DNA of 58,182 nt, counting the filler, from Dimargaris cristalligena (Eukaryota), in NCBI GenBank assembly GCA_003614675.1. It is 4 parts of 4 records of this genome, joined end to end, with 100 filler letters (N's around TTAATTAATTAA, not from the genome) between each part and the next. Parts side by side here need not be neighbours in the genome. Positions count along the whole stretch, not along the records: positions 1 to 14,499 come from ML002948.1; 3 more parts are not named here. One strand, written 5' to 3'. The notes under the pieces are model-generated. The model was not told the origin of the DNA and made no database searches. It saw nothing but the letters and a program-made list of their open reading frames with translations. Position numbers and translations under genes: made by a program. Numbering within the stretch: the stretch's first letter is position 1; every line of letters starts with the position of its first letter. Below, piece after piece: positions 1-12,677 of this stretch.

Positions 1-678
1 TACCAATTCAACGGGTTCAACTTGGCGTTGTTCAATCTACGCAGTCGGGGCCTGAATAACGCTTTTTATCGGGTGGCGGGCCTGGCGGCCGCAATCGGCG
101 TGGGCCGGTTGATGGACTCGTCCCGCTGGAGTAAATTACGGCGAGTGCAGGGAGTGGCGCTGGCCTTATTGGTCGTTACGGGCCTGACGTTCGGTGGGGC
201 CTGGGCGGTCATGCGTAGTCATCATCCCCCTTCAGCTTTGGCCCAGGGCAATTTGCGCTCATCATCGTCGTTGTCGTCGGAGTTCGAACCCATTGACGTT
301 TATTCCGCCGCCTATTGGATCGCCTGGCCCATCTTCCTCGGCTGGGGTGCCCTCGACATGTCCATGAATGTCTTGGCCTATTGGGTTGTGGCCAATATCA
401 GCCGGGACGCCAACGAATCGTCCAACTATTCGGGCTATTTGGCCTCCATGCAGTACATCAGCTCAGCCATTTATTGGCAGTTTGACGCCCAACATATTCC
501 CCAAATTGTGTTTTGGCTACTGACGTTCATGATCGTGGCGGTGGGGTTGGTGGCCGCTTTTGCGACGGGCTTCGTGATTGACCGGTTGGATAAGGAATCC
601 CAAGTGTTCGCGGCGGAGGTCAACGATAAGCAGTCGATGTCTAGTGCTACCGATAGCTTTGATTTTCCGACCGCCTAA
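1..678 (+). CDS. UNC93-like (DUF895-type) MFS membrane protein, C-terminal half; 5'-truncated at the window edge
   Basis: Frame 1 is open from base 1 (YQFNGFNLALFNLRSRGLNNAFY...), resembling the YQFNxxNxxxFxxRTRALN segment of fungal UNC93-like MFS proteins. About 5-6 hydrophobic helices follow; stop TAA at 676-678. Confidence 0.75.
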   Translation, partial: YQFNGFNLALFNLRSRGLNNAFYRVAGLAAAIGVGRLMDSSRWSKLRRVQGVALALLVVTGLTFGGAWAVMRSHHPPSALAQGNLRSSSSLSSEFEPIDVYSAAYWIAWPIFLGWGALDMSMNVLAYWVVANISRDANESSNYSGYLASMQYISSAIYWQFDAQHIPQIVFWLLTFMIVAVGLVAAFATGFVIDRLDKESQVFAAEVNDKQSMSSATDSFDFPTA

Positions 679-2432
679 AAGAGCTGGGGCACGGTTGATT
701 GTAGGAGGTCATATTACTATATTTGATATTTAGTTTGATTATATGGGGGATGCTGGAGGTCAGATTGGCGGGTAGAGAGTATCATTGCCACGTCATATTG
801 CCAACCCCCTACTGCGACTCGAGGTGTCATCTTCCTTCGGCTTCTCTGGCGTATTTTTAGGTTATCATTCAGGATTAGGCATTGCTTCCCAAAGCACGTC
901 ACGCGCACTCTCTGCTGGTTAGTTATGTAACCGGATTGCCAAGACTCAGTTAATAATCGCCCTATACATATATGTACGTATATATTAATAAATAGTAAAC
1001 TTAGCCATGCCGATCGAGGTATTATTTTCTATTCTAAGTTCAATGCGTGCATTCAACAGTTCCTGAAGCGGGAGTGACGCTTTTCGGGCAAGTGGCAGTA
1101 CCACGGGAGCTGCAGAAGATCAGAGCCGCGTATAGTATTGCTAGTCTGGTTCTATTGTATTTTTGTGCTGTTCTGGTTGCTTAATTGATACTACGTCGTC
1201 TTGGGGGAAGGGTGGTGTAACCCAAGTGACTCGTAGACTATCGTTTGACCAGGTCACGTTTACGCCTGCCTCTATGTACATGTTATATATATTAGGGAGG
1301 TATGATTGAATTACGTGCCTACTTGGGAATACGACATTAGTATAATTATAGGGATGGTGGGTTTATTTGGAATCGAAGCCGAGAGTGGCTGCGGCTCCTT
1401 GATACAAGCATGCATCAGTATATTTCGGCATATTTGACAACATTGAGATGCCTGGGTTAGGTAGCTCGGGATGAATTGGACAACAAAGCAAAAGACACAC
1501 GGTCAATGAATCAAAACCAAAACCATACATTGCCCGCAGCACCTGGCGAACAATGGAGTTAGTGCGCCCTCTAGTCAAGTGAGAAGGGGTTGGTATAGGC
1601 CAAGGCAAAATTATGGACTGGTTGCGACCTGACATTAATGTGACGGGGGCTGTAAAGTGCTTGTGACGAACCGGTGGCGGGATGACTTATGGTGCCCTGG
1701 TATACAAGAAACCAGAGCCAAGGACGCAACCCACTGTCCAGCTGCCATTGTGAGAAATAAGTTTATAATTACGGGACATCCTATGGTCGTGCCCTGACAA
1801 CTAGGGGCTGGTCAGCCACATTCCAATTTAGAAGGTGATATTAGGCGGATGGGGCCAGGCGGGGTCGATGATGATCCGCGCGACCTGGTTCATATCAGGG
1901 CTTCTAATAACTGCATTTTCTTCGAGACCTCGTTACCTGGGTAGATAACGGGGTTCAGCGCGAGCCGCAGCACCAGCTTAGGCAGCCCCATGTGGTTCAT
2001 AGAGTACCATGGTGGAGCCAAGCGGCTATTTCCGGTTAAGCGAAGTGACTATTATAATGTGGGTCAATTCCAGTAACCGAAGTAAGGAAACGAAGCGACG
2101 AAGCAGAGCGTCTTGCAGTAGGAGGCCGCTTGATAGTGGTGGTGGTGACCTAGCCTATTCAACGGACAAGTCCGAGTAATAAAAAACCCGAGGCAATTTT
2201 AGCCTAATTCGTACCGCATTGAAGCGTACGTTGGATAGGCCGCGGCCCGGAAATAGGCGAGACCAGCATAACAGCTGGCGGGTCAGCCGGCGCATGTATT
2301 GGTTCAGTTTCCCCACCGAAGAATGTGCGCCTCCCCCTATTTTCATCCCCAACGCATAGACCCTAACAGCATTATAGTCGCTGGTCCTTTCTCTCACTTG
2401 GGGTCTGGTTCTGATGATCGCCGTTCCCCCTG

Positions 2433-2440
2433 TATAAATA
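2433..2440 (+). promoter_or_regulatory. TATA box, candidate distal promoter of the GSK3 transcript
   Basis: TATAAATA followed by a pyrimidine-rich, ATG-free stretch ending in a GTAAGT donor at 2595. Confidence 0.45.
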
Positions 2441-3720
2441 CCCGTCCTCGCCCCCTTACCGTCGGCTTATACCTTTTCCGCTGTTTGCCTTGCCCTGTAC
2501 ACTACTTATCGCTGTTATTTTACCCCGCTGAACCTTCGCGCATATCCTCTACTACTCCTACACAATATCCCCACCCCCGCTGCCTAGCTATACGGTAAGT
2601 CAGTGCCCGTTCCGTTGGGCCTGAGAGACTGCAGCATCCCTGCGGCTATCTGGCTGCCATATATATGCATGGTGCTGCAGATCCTTCTAGTCCCTGTTTC
2701 GATCCTACATTCTCCACCTCAACAGTGCTAGGGTTTCGGGCTGAAGGGAGGAGGGGTTCGCCACCCCCTTACCACTGAACCGTTCTTGTACATCCCGCCC
2801 AAACGACTAGGTTACTATCCACTCCAGTCGGGGATTAACCTTGGCCTAGCTCTCCAAATTGTACTACTTTACTAACTCTCGAATGGTATGGTGGATTCCC
2901 TTAACCTCTGCCTAATCCTTCCTATACCTGTGGGTTCGATGATTGTAGCTTACGTGCATCCGAACTCCCCGTCACACGCGCTCGACCCTATTTCCCACTT
3001 TCCCGTTACTTGACTAGGTAAGTCCCCACAGTCTACTTCCATCTAATCACCTATTTTTAAACGAGTGCTGCGCATTAGCATCGTGATTTCGAAGGGAGAG
3101 GGGGGTGATGTGTCTTCTATACTACTGCTTTTGGCTAGGCAGCTGGTTCTGGGAGTGGTACAGGGGGGTGTTACCACGGGGCTGCTTTCGACCTTCTATT
3201 ATTTTATATTTTTGTACGTCGGCTGTTTTTCGATTTTTCTGAGAAGCCACTCGACTGTATGCTTCCGATTCTTCCAACGAAGGTGAGGGGGGAGGGAAAG
3301 TGAGAAAAATGACCTTCATCGCCTTGCACCCAAGGTTATATGGGGTCGGGGGCACTACCGCCGAGCTGTACCCTTCGCCGATTGGTTGTTGCCAAGTCCA
3401 TCCTATTATCGCTTGGTGCCAGTAATAGGTCGAGCGGGGGAATACCAATGCTCCCTTATTCGCTAATGGCGGCGGGCCTCACACTCAATCATAGGACGGG
3501 TTTAAGGGGAGGACGAGTGAGAGTGGGTGGCAATGGTGGTGAGGGAGGGGGGGTCTCGGGAGATTCGTGACTGATCTGGTGACGGGGGGTTCGGTCTCCG
3601 CCACAGTTTCCAATTGGTCCGATATACTACGGCCAACCCTGGAAATCTTGCCCCAACTCAGTGCTTTGGGGGTGAGAAGCTGTTGCTGGATGACAGAGGG
3701 TGGATGGTGGTAATAATGCC

Positions 3721-3767
3721 TAGTATTAGTATTAGTATTAGTATTAGTATTAGTATTATTATTATTA
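3721..3767. repeat. (TAGTAT)6 followed by (TAT)n microsatellite
   Basis: Read directly: tagtattagtattagtattagtattagtattagtattattattatta. Confidence 0.9.
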
Positions 3768-6037
3768 CCATTCACTTTTTCCACTCTCCTATACTTCCCT
3801 CCCACCCCACGAAACCTTCCTCATCATTTTTTTTAGATGACCCTTGGTTATTGTTCTCCCCTGTACATGTTCAACCAAGGGATGCTGGGCTGTGAAGAGT
3901 AGACGTGTGTGGCTAAGCCCTTCTTATTTGCTCTGACCTCATTATTGACCAGCAACCCCGACTGCTCGCTCTTGTGCGGCGGGAAAGGCGATGGGTTGGT
4001 TGGGCCCGCCTGACCCTGTATTATAACCCTGACCGGTTGATTACCATATATCGGTCACTGCCACACCCAGTCGTTGGTTTTTCCCGGGCCTTCTCCCTCC
4101 TGGCCTTTTTTTATTGTCGGTCGCTTGCCTCCTATTCTGTGGAGTAGCCCACTCCTCTGCATGGCAGTTAGCTGGTCCGTTCTCTCTCCCACCCCCTTCT
4201 TCCGCCCATTTCTATGACAATTTGGTCGATTATTTGTCGACTTGACGGAGAGAGAGACTGTGCAATAAAAAGAAGAGAGAGAGAGAGAGCGAGAGAGGCA
4301 GCACACATGGATGGCTGGGAATGGGATCCATGAACAGAGTCCTTCCTTTTTCACCCAGCCACCTTTTTACCCCAACGCACGCATCACACTCCAAGAGCAG
4401 CGGCTAGATCGTTGGGTTCGCTCACTACCATCTCTATTGTGTGTCTCCTATGGCTGTACATGAATGATTTTTTGGATAGTCAAGCACCAACCATCTTATG
4501 ATTTCTAGACGCTAACCCCAAACTCCGATAATTCCACCGGTCCTCCTTTCTCGATTTTTCCAATGACATGTTGGTCCTAATTCCTGGTCTCTGCCCCTGG
4601 TTGTTTTTTTTTGGTATATACCCCCAAAAATTCCAACCCCCCCTCTCTCTTTCCCCTCCACTCGGTACATGCTACTGCTGTATTTACCTCACTGGGACGC
4701 ACACCATCTAACCAACTTGTGGTTACCACGTTGGGTTATGCCCTCCTCCATTGCCATCGATTGCTACTTTTATCTTCCCCACCCTCCCTCCCTCGTCACT
4801 GCGGGTTTCTACATACCATTACCGCTCTGTACATTGCCTGGTTTATTACTGTTGATTAACCGCTTCCCCAACCCTATTACGTCGTTGACCCCTTTCTCAC
4901 GTAGTTCAATAAGCGAGGACTCGTGGATTTCTTCGCTCGATTCCTTTCTTGCCGTTCATAACCACCACTTGGCTTCAATCTCTTTCGGCCTAGACTTCCC
5001 CATTCAGCCGACTGGTAAGTGCTCTCCCGTTTCATAGAGGGGAATGGCCTGCCTGCCCACTCACACTGCTTGCCCACATTCCTTGGTCGTAGTTGACCAG
5101 GCGGAGTAGAGTCGACTATCTGAGAGAGAAAGATAGAGAGAGGCTTTGGCTCCACTTGAGATCTCGTTGCTGTTACCCCCAAAAGTCACGCGACACCCTA
5201 TCGCCTCTACACACCTATCCACCTTCCTATCTACCTTACCTGCCTCTTCTCTTTTCCCCCACTGGCCTTGCGCTTTTCCCTCCCTTCCCCCCCCTTCCTA
5301 TCCCTTTAGCCACTCCAGCTGTGGTCTATAGAACTCCTTGGCTTTGTTCATCCCTAGTGTCCCTTTTTCTCTTTCCTTTTCCTTTTTAACTATCGTAAAC
5401 GATAACCGCCTTTTCCTTCCCCCCTTAAGACTCGTCGCTCCTCTATTTAGCAAACTCACCACTGGGCCTCCTTGTTTTGTAGCGAGTTTTCTTAACCCTT
5501 ATTATTTACCAAACCAAACCAAACCAAACCCAGCCCGCTCTCATATATATATATATATCTTTCCTCCCCCTTTACTGTCTTTCCATTTGCCACTATTGCC
5601 GTGTTGTGTTACCAGCTGATTCGCTCGCATAAGACTGGTCTACTTTTGGTTACTTGATCCCTTCACCTGCCCCAACACGTCCGTTCGCGTGATTCGGGGT
5701 TTGCTGCAATCGACTCATAGTGCACTCCGTGTTTTATTCTTTTTGGACCACCCGCCAGTGTTCTATCAGGTAATTGGCTTTCTATGGCATCTCCTCTCTC
5801 ATATATTCGGTAAATCCTATATTGTTCAGTGATCTCTTTTCTCCCCCAATAGCCGTAGCCCTGCGGGATTATTAGCAATCCGCTTAATCACCTGTCCAAT
5901 CGCGCTCTTAACTAATCCTTAGCGCTTTTTTTAAACTCTCATCTATTCCGACGGAGCGCGCGACCTTCTGCAAAGCTGCTCCTACCCATCTATCCTCTCT
6001 CCACCCTTATCCCCCACCCGATTTTGCCTCCTCAACC

Positions 6038-7491
6038 ATGAACGGCCTCCGCAGCTTAGGTAAGTCCGCATGCATCCTCTCTTGGCCGCGTTTCTAGATC
6101 TCTTTTGGGCCAGGTCGCTTATTCCAGCCATCTCCGGGCTTGGATTGGGCCCTCGCCTTATTCCCCCCTCCTGGGGTTTCCCCGTACCTATCCCGTTTCG
6201 TCCACCAGGCCTATTTATTCGACACACGCTCCGACTCCGACGCCCAATGGGTAGCCTGGGTTCCCTGTAACCATTGTGCCCCTAATCCTTCTAGTACTAA
6301 TGCCTCCGTATGCCTTCCCTTATCTCCCCCCTTTCTATACCCTCTTACCCAGGCGATTTAGATTCCAGTCGGGTGCTAAAGGTAACCGCCTGCGATGCCA
6401 AAACCGGCCAGAACTTCGAGCTTTCCTACACCAACTGCAAGAATGTGGGCAACGGTTCCTTCGGTGTCGTCTATCAGGCCCAGCTCGTGCCTAGCGGCGA
6501 GATGGTAGCCATCAAGAAGGTCTTGCAGGACAAGCGATTCAAGAACCGTGAATTGGCCGTAATGAAGGAGGTGCGTCACTTTAACATCGTGGAGCTCAAG
6601 GCCTACTTCTACGCCCAGGGAGAGAATAAGGACGACGTCTACCTTAATCTGGTTCTAGAGTACGTTCCGGAAACTGTATACCGGGTGACCCGCCAGTACT
6701 CCCGTCTAAAGCAGTCCGTGCCCATCTTCCACGTCAAGTTGTACATGTACCAACTTTTCCGCTCGCTGGCCTATATCCATTCGATTGGTGTCTGCCACCG
6801 TGATATCAAGCCCCAGAATCTGCTGTTGAACCCCGCCTCCGGTATCCTCAAACTCTGCGATTTCGGTAGTGCCAAAGTTCTGGTAGCGGGTGAGCCCAAC
6901 GTCTCCTACATTTGCTCCCGCTACTACCGGGCCCCTGAGTTAATATTTGGTGCGACCAACTACACCACCAGCATCGATATTTGGTCGTCTGGTTGTGTCA
7001 TGGCCGAGTTGATTCTGGGCCAGCCCCTATTTCCCGGCGAGAGCGGCATCGACCAGCTGGTCGAGATTATTAAGGTGCTGGGCACCCCCACCCGGGAACA
7101 GATTCGGAGTATGAATCCCAACTACCAAGACCACCGATTCCCTCATATCCGCCCCCACCCCTTCTCGCGCGTCTTCCGCAACCGGGCCCCGGCTGATGCT
7201 CTCGACTTATTGACTAAGTTACTGGACTACACGCCAACCTCCCGTTTGACGGCCGTGGAGGCTATGGTACACCCCTTCTTCGATGAATTGCGCCAGCCGG
7301 GCCTAGCGATGCCCAGTGGGGCCTCCGTACCTAAGCTGTTCGATTTCTCCGTTTCTGAGCTCTCTGTGCGACCCGATCTCAAACACCAGCTGGTGCCCCA
7401 GCACGCTGAGGCTGACTTGGCCGCCCGTGGAATTCACCTCAACTCCTTTGTTCCTCAGCCGCCTAGTCAAAGCCGACCGGCCCTCGACTAA
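6038..7491 (+). CDS. GSK3: Glycogen synthase kinase-3 (CMGC Ser/Thr kinase), 386 aa; exons 6038-6059 and 6353-7491
   Basis: GNGSFGVV glycine loop, [28 protein letters not shown] and the diagnostic [13 protein letters not shown] phase-1 intron at 6060-6352 (GTAAGT...TACTAAT...CAG) joins MNGLRSL to [11 protein letters not shown]; the ORF-track start at 6310 lies inside this intron. Confidence 0.96.
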
Positions 7492-8583
7492 ACCCCCTCC
7501 TTCCAACCCCGCTTTCATTTAATTTCTGACTAGTGCACTTCTACCCCACCATTTCCCCAATAATATTGATCAGGGTCGGCTTGATAACCCTTTAACTTCC
7601 CGCTCCTTTCTATATATTTCCTTTTTTTTTCTTTCCCCACCCCAAGTTCCCACGTTCATTACTCAATCCCGGTAGTATGTTCTACTGTGACCTTTATTTG
7701 ACTGGGAATTACTGTTCTATCACTGGATTATTATATTAATTAGTCATTGTGCTGTTTCTTTACTTATTTACTTTACTTGTTGGTGCGTTTTGTCCACCGT
7801 CTGTTCATTGCCGACTTTCCGTCCGACCCGGGTGTACTCCTTTCCCCCTTCCGTGTCAACGGTTCAGCCTTGCTCTCCACCGATATAACTCCTCAATTTC
7901 ATTCGTTATGGATATTGTGTGTTTTTGAATCTAATGGTCCGAAAGTCATGTATATTCCCGCTGAAGTTTTTCCGCCTTTCTCCTTTTTTTCCACCTACCT
8001 GTTGTCACTCCTCTCTCTCTCTCTCTCTCTGTGTGTGTTGTTTAGTCTATTTATATCTGGATCGACTGGACATCCCTATTTTATACACCACTAATACCTA
8101 CTCTTACAATGATAATCGCCAATTGGTCTGTTCTCAGTATTGGAGGAGCAATTCAAGTCGATGGGATTGAATTTTATGTGAAGGGTTGGCTGATTTGATA
8201 CTAGAGGGGGCAATGTTTAAGCCTAGGCATTATGTTCAAGCGGTATTGGTGGCACTAGGAAACGGGGTAATTTAATCAATAGGATAGCATGATGCTGCAT
8301 CAGACCCATGTGTGTGGGCCAAGAGTCCGTGCCAACTGCGATGATAATATGGTAATCCCCTTCTTTTTTTAAAATAATAATAATAATAATTATTATAATC
8401 ATCAGCTGTAATAGACAAGCCCCTTTATATCACTGCATCTGTCGCGACATTGGGTTGGGCCTACGGTGCCACCTTGGAAACTCAGGTCTTCGTTCTCTCA
8501 TAATGAATTCCCTTGGAACATGATACTATAGACCTAACTGGGATTCCCCATTACATTGGTAGCAGATAGAGCAACAGTCTCAA

Positions 8584-8726
8584 TTTGAGAGATATTCAAC
8601 TAGGCTGTATAACGAATAATCCATTGGATGGAGCAGGTATTACTGATTGGAAATGGGTTTCTCGCCTATGTTCCCCTACACATACCATTAAAAACCTTAC
8701 AAAACTATACTGAACTTCACCCATAT
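8584..8726. mobile_element. Short dispersed MITE-like repeat, degenerate copy; homologous to 44136-44361
   Basis: Shares taggctgtataacgaa-aatccattggatg...tattactg and ttcccc-tacacata...ctgaactt-acccatat with the contig-4 copy; imperfect terminal inverted repeats. Confidence 0.55.
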
Positions 8727-9036
8727 CTCAGCCACCGCCAGCACATCATGCAATTTTCGAAACCAATACACTTGAAGAAAATAGGATAGGGGATGGGTCA
8801 ATTTATTTACCAAAATGACGGGTAGGATTTAAATACCCTAGGGTATTGCCGCGGCAAAATAGAATGGATGTTTAGATCTAGGTGTAGTAAGATATGCAAG
8901 GAATGCCATGCCATCAGCCACGAGTAAATACATGGTGAAGGATGCCAATGGAGTAGGTCCCAAAAGTTGAAATGTGGTTGTTGGGGAGGGGGCACCCCCC
9001 TGTTCAATGTAGAAGGATCATCGGCCCTGTGAATAT

Positions 9037-9636
9037 TTAGGCGGCCTTGGGCTGAGGAGCCGCGGGCTTAGCGGAGACCGGAGCTGGGGTACTGGGAGTC
9101 ACAGTAGCAGAGGGAGAACCAGTGCTAGTCGAAGTGACCGTGGTAGCGGATACTGAAGCGGTCGTAGCCGCTGGCTTCTTAGGAGGCTCGTTGGCCGGTT
9201 TGGGCTGGGGCTGGGCCGACCGGGTACCGGTCGCTTGCTTGGACTGATCAACCCCAGTCTTCTTAGTGACCGCCCGTGTCTTTTGGTGCTTCTTGCTCTT
9301 GTTCTTATTCCTATTTTTGCTCTTACTCTTGGCCTTAGTATCAGTCTTCTTAGTGACATCGGGTGGCCGCCCGGACCGCGGGCTTCACAGTGGATTTCAA
9401 GTTGGGAAGGGCTGCATTAGCGTTAGCTTTGGCCTTGGCCACCGGATTGGCTAGCTGGATCTTGTTGGCGGTGGCGGCACCGTGGGGGACGGCGTCACAG
9501 CCTACGTTGTGCTCATGGCAGAGGTAGCGGAACTGGTCGGCGAGGTGCTGGGGGTAGGCAACTTAGCGTGGGCAGTCGAGGCCAGGGCGATGATGGCTCC
9601 CAGAATGAACAGCTTCTTGGTTGGGGTGAAAGACAT
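9037..9636 (-). pseudogene. Interrupted (or intron-containing) gene for a secreted Ser/Thr/Lys/Pro-rich low-complexity protein
   Basis: Signal peptide MSFTPTKKLFILGAIIALASTAHA, then TAG after codon 44. The same frame resumes as DVTKKTDTKAKSKSKNRNKNKSKK...TSTSTGSPSATVTPSTPAPVSAKPAAPQPKAA* ending at 9037. The segment between has four in-frame stops. Confidence 0.5.
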
Positions 9637-10984
9637 GGTGATAGATGGGTTGGAAAATGGAAGGGGTGGGGGATGAGATATAAGGGCAAACAAGGTGGAT
9701 TGCGGTGCAAATGTGCGGCAAAGGGAAAAATAGATGAATGGATGTTGGGATGATACTATATTTTAGGTGGGCGGGCTAGGCAAATTTCATATGCCAATGG
9801 ATCGGGCTGAGCGGCCGGACTTCTTCCTATCCCCTCTCCGCTTTCCAGCCATTTGTTTGCCCTCCCTAGGGCTGCTCCTCGCAGTAACAGTCAGTATTCT
9901 CTTAGTATTTATAGCGAGTGACGTAATTATACAGGGATAAACGATTTTGGAATTTTATGGTAACGCGACTATAGAACCCCGGGGGCCCACCCCTTCGATT
10001 GTACCTGATATTATGTGGGCCAATTTTCACCGACACATACGGTTGAAATTTACAACAGTTTTATCGGATTAGTAATGAAATACAAAGCGAATATAAAGTT
10101 CAAAATACCCTTTAGCCAGCCCCGTTTATTTTATTGGCCCAAATTGCCATTTACCGATTAATTAGCGAAAGGCCCCATGTCCTTAAAATATGGAAAACGC
10201 ATTCTATTTTTATTTGTATTTTTCGAAATCGACTTACCATTTTTAGTGTTCGGAAAGCCAAGACGAGGCATTGGCTATTCCCAATCGGCCCCCGTTATTA
10301 TGCTGGGTCCTTGCAAACCAATGTCTCCCGTACGAAGCCACGTCCTTTTTTTAATTTAACCGATGGAGGAAACACAAGATCCACAGTATATAGTTACGCC
10401 TCTGCACTCTCGTAGGAGTTGGCTCCTCTTGTGCATACCCGATATTTGCAGAAGAAGTACAAACCAATCGGCAACTCGCGCTATGGCCCAAAACAAACTG
10501 AGCCACGGGGCCGTCCCGCTTAGCGAGAAAATCCGATGAAGCGCAAACAAAAAGCAACGCATCCCAATCTATTGGCTGTACAGTTACGTGGTGCAGATAT
10601 CCCCCCCCCCCTTTACATCAATTTCGCCAAGGCAGCCCTGCTTTATGGACACACTATAACATATAAAGAGCACTAATATATCCCTTCATTTAGTTGGAAA
10701 TGTTTTTTTGATACATCCCGCTCCCTCCCCACCCCGGCCCAGACCCCGAGTGGCCTATGGAGTGTACTTGCATAAATAGTTTCGGTGCCGCCAAGCAAAG
10801 TTGCCCTAAATACCTCGCTACCCAGCTCCCCTTCCTCTCACTATTGAATCCCCTTATTATTGGTCAGAGCTTTCCTCATCGTCCTTTATTATTCCTTCCC
10901 TCCTCCCCCCCTACGGTTATTCCACCAACTCGAAGGGTGCAAAATCACCCCCACCACCTCGTCCTAACTCGCCATTCGCCTACC

Positions 10985-12677
10985 ATGCGCGTCTTGGTCC
11001 ATGTCTATGCACTCATCGCCGGTCTTGGGCTTGCCTGGCCCACCCAGGCGGCTTTACTCGAGGGAACCCATGTCGCTCCTGAGTCGACAAGCCCTGTTGG
11101 AGATTGGACTGGCTATCCAACCCCTCCACCTGGATTAGCCGAGGTGGTATCCCATCCGGTGGGTTTGCCTACTTTAAGAAAACGTAGTCTCGGCGCATTC
11201 AGGGACGGCGAATTGTCCCAACAATCTCTGTCCGATAACGTAAGTCGATTGTATTTATCGCGACGGAATATACCTACCTAGAGATCCATTGCCCATTTGA
11301 AATTTAATACTACATGGTTTATCTCCCCGAAGCAATATCTTTGGGTAGTACCAGGTAGTTTTTATCGAATACATGTGATACTTTTATACTCATCGTTCGG
11401 GTCATATTTACCTAATTAAATCCTATTCTCGTGTGTACTAATCCTAATTATCACCATTCACTTTGTCTTTAATGCCGGTTATCATAACCAGATTTATCGA
11501 GTCTGGGAAACATCTATTAAAAATGGACCAAGCATCTATACGAACCAGGCAGCCTGGGATGGTTTAGCCTGGGCCTGGAATATATCGGCACGTTTAGAAA
11601 CCCAGGATGAATATCTACTGGCACTTCAGGAACAAATGTATGGGCGTTACGAGAGCACGATTTATGGTTACCAGGGAAAGGCCTACTATGCACCCGAAGT
11701 GGACATCCGGGTGGCCCAAGTGTACGATGAATTTTTGGCGGAGAATCACCAAAAACTTATTGATAACGACCGGGCGGAGATTAACTTGGACCAAATTTCC
11801 GAAGCGGAACCTCAGACCCATTTTCCATTACTGACCGGCATCACCAGCCACCAGCTTTTCACCCTATGGGAACCTATTATGCATGAAGGGTTGGTGGCCG
11901 ATGACTCTGGTTCCCGCATGTCCGTTGTATGTGACCCGAAAATTTCCTAATCCATGTCCGACATTATACCCCTTGCCCGAGTGTTACCGAGGGTGGCTAA
12001 TCGGATTATCCAACTAGGGACTATGGAAGCTTTACCAACAGCCCAAACGCCGTGGAGTGATTCGTCAGTATTTTACACAGGCAGTTGACCTTATTAACAA
12101 ATCGGCGAACGATGGGCAGTGGAAGATCCGGCGTAGAGCTCAATATATTCGTGATCAGGTCTATATCGCTGCCGTTTATAGTAAGACAGGTCGCCTAAAT
12201 TATCCTGATATTAGTGACACTATAACCTCCGAATCCTTACACTCTGACCTTCGCTCGGCGTTGACTCTTAACTTGAGAATGATATATGCAGTTGGTGGGC
12301 TGGGAATTCAACCTGCCGTGCCCTCACAATATCCTTATACGGAGGGGAACTCGATTCCCAAAAAGGACAGGCCATTCATTAATGAATACCGCCATTTAAT
12401 GACCTTTCGATTTGCTAAGGGAAGGAGCCCAACTCAATTTGTTCCCCTTACCTGGATCACAGATGCAGGCTTAGGCCACGCCATGGTGGACATTGCTCGT
12501 AGTCCTAGTGGAATCTCTGATTACACTAACTATCATTTTTCCAATCTACTCTATGCCCGGAAAAAACGTATCCAAGAGTATACCCCAGCAATGCCCGTCG
12601 GGTTCAAGTCATGGCTTCCGAGCATCAAGAAGCCCATACAAATCCCAGTTGGCACGGATCTGTCCTGGCCCTCCTGA
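10985..12677 (+). CDS. Secreted hypothetical protein, 449 aa; exons 10985-11239, 11492-11926, 12018-12677
   Basis: Signal peptide MRVLVHVYALIAGLGLAWPTQA and a Pro-rich pro-region ending in LRKR (Kex2-type). Two phase-0 introns (GTAAGT..TACTAAT..CAG; GTATGT..GCTAAT..TAG) join three ORF-track fragments into one uninterrupted frame. Confidence 0.8.

Noticed and set aside
9921-10589. Possible 670-bp TIR element (acgtaattatacag ... ctgtacagttacgt)
   Set aside because: Only a 12/14 inverted match, with no clear TSD or second copy.
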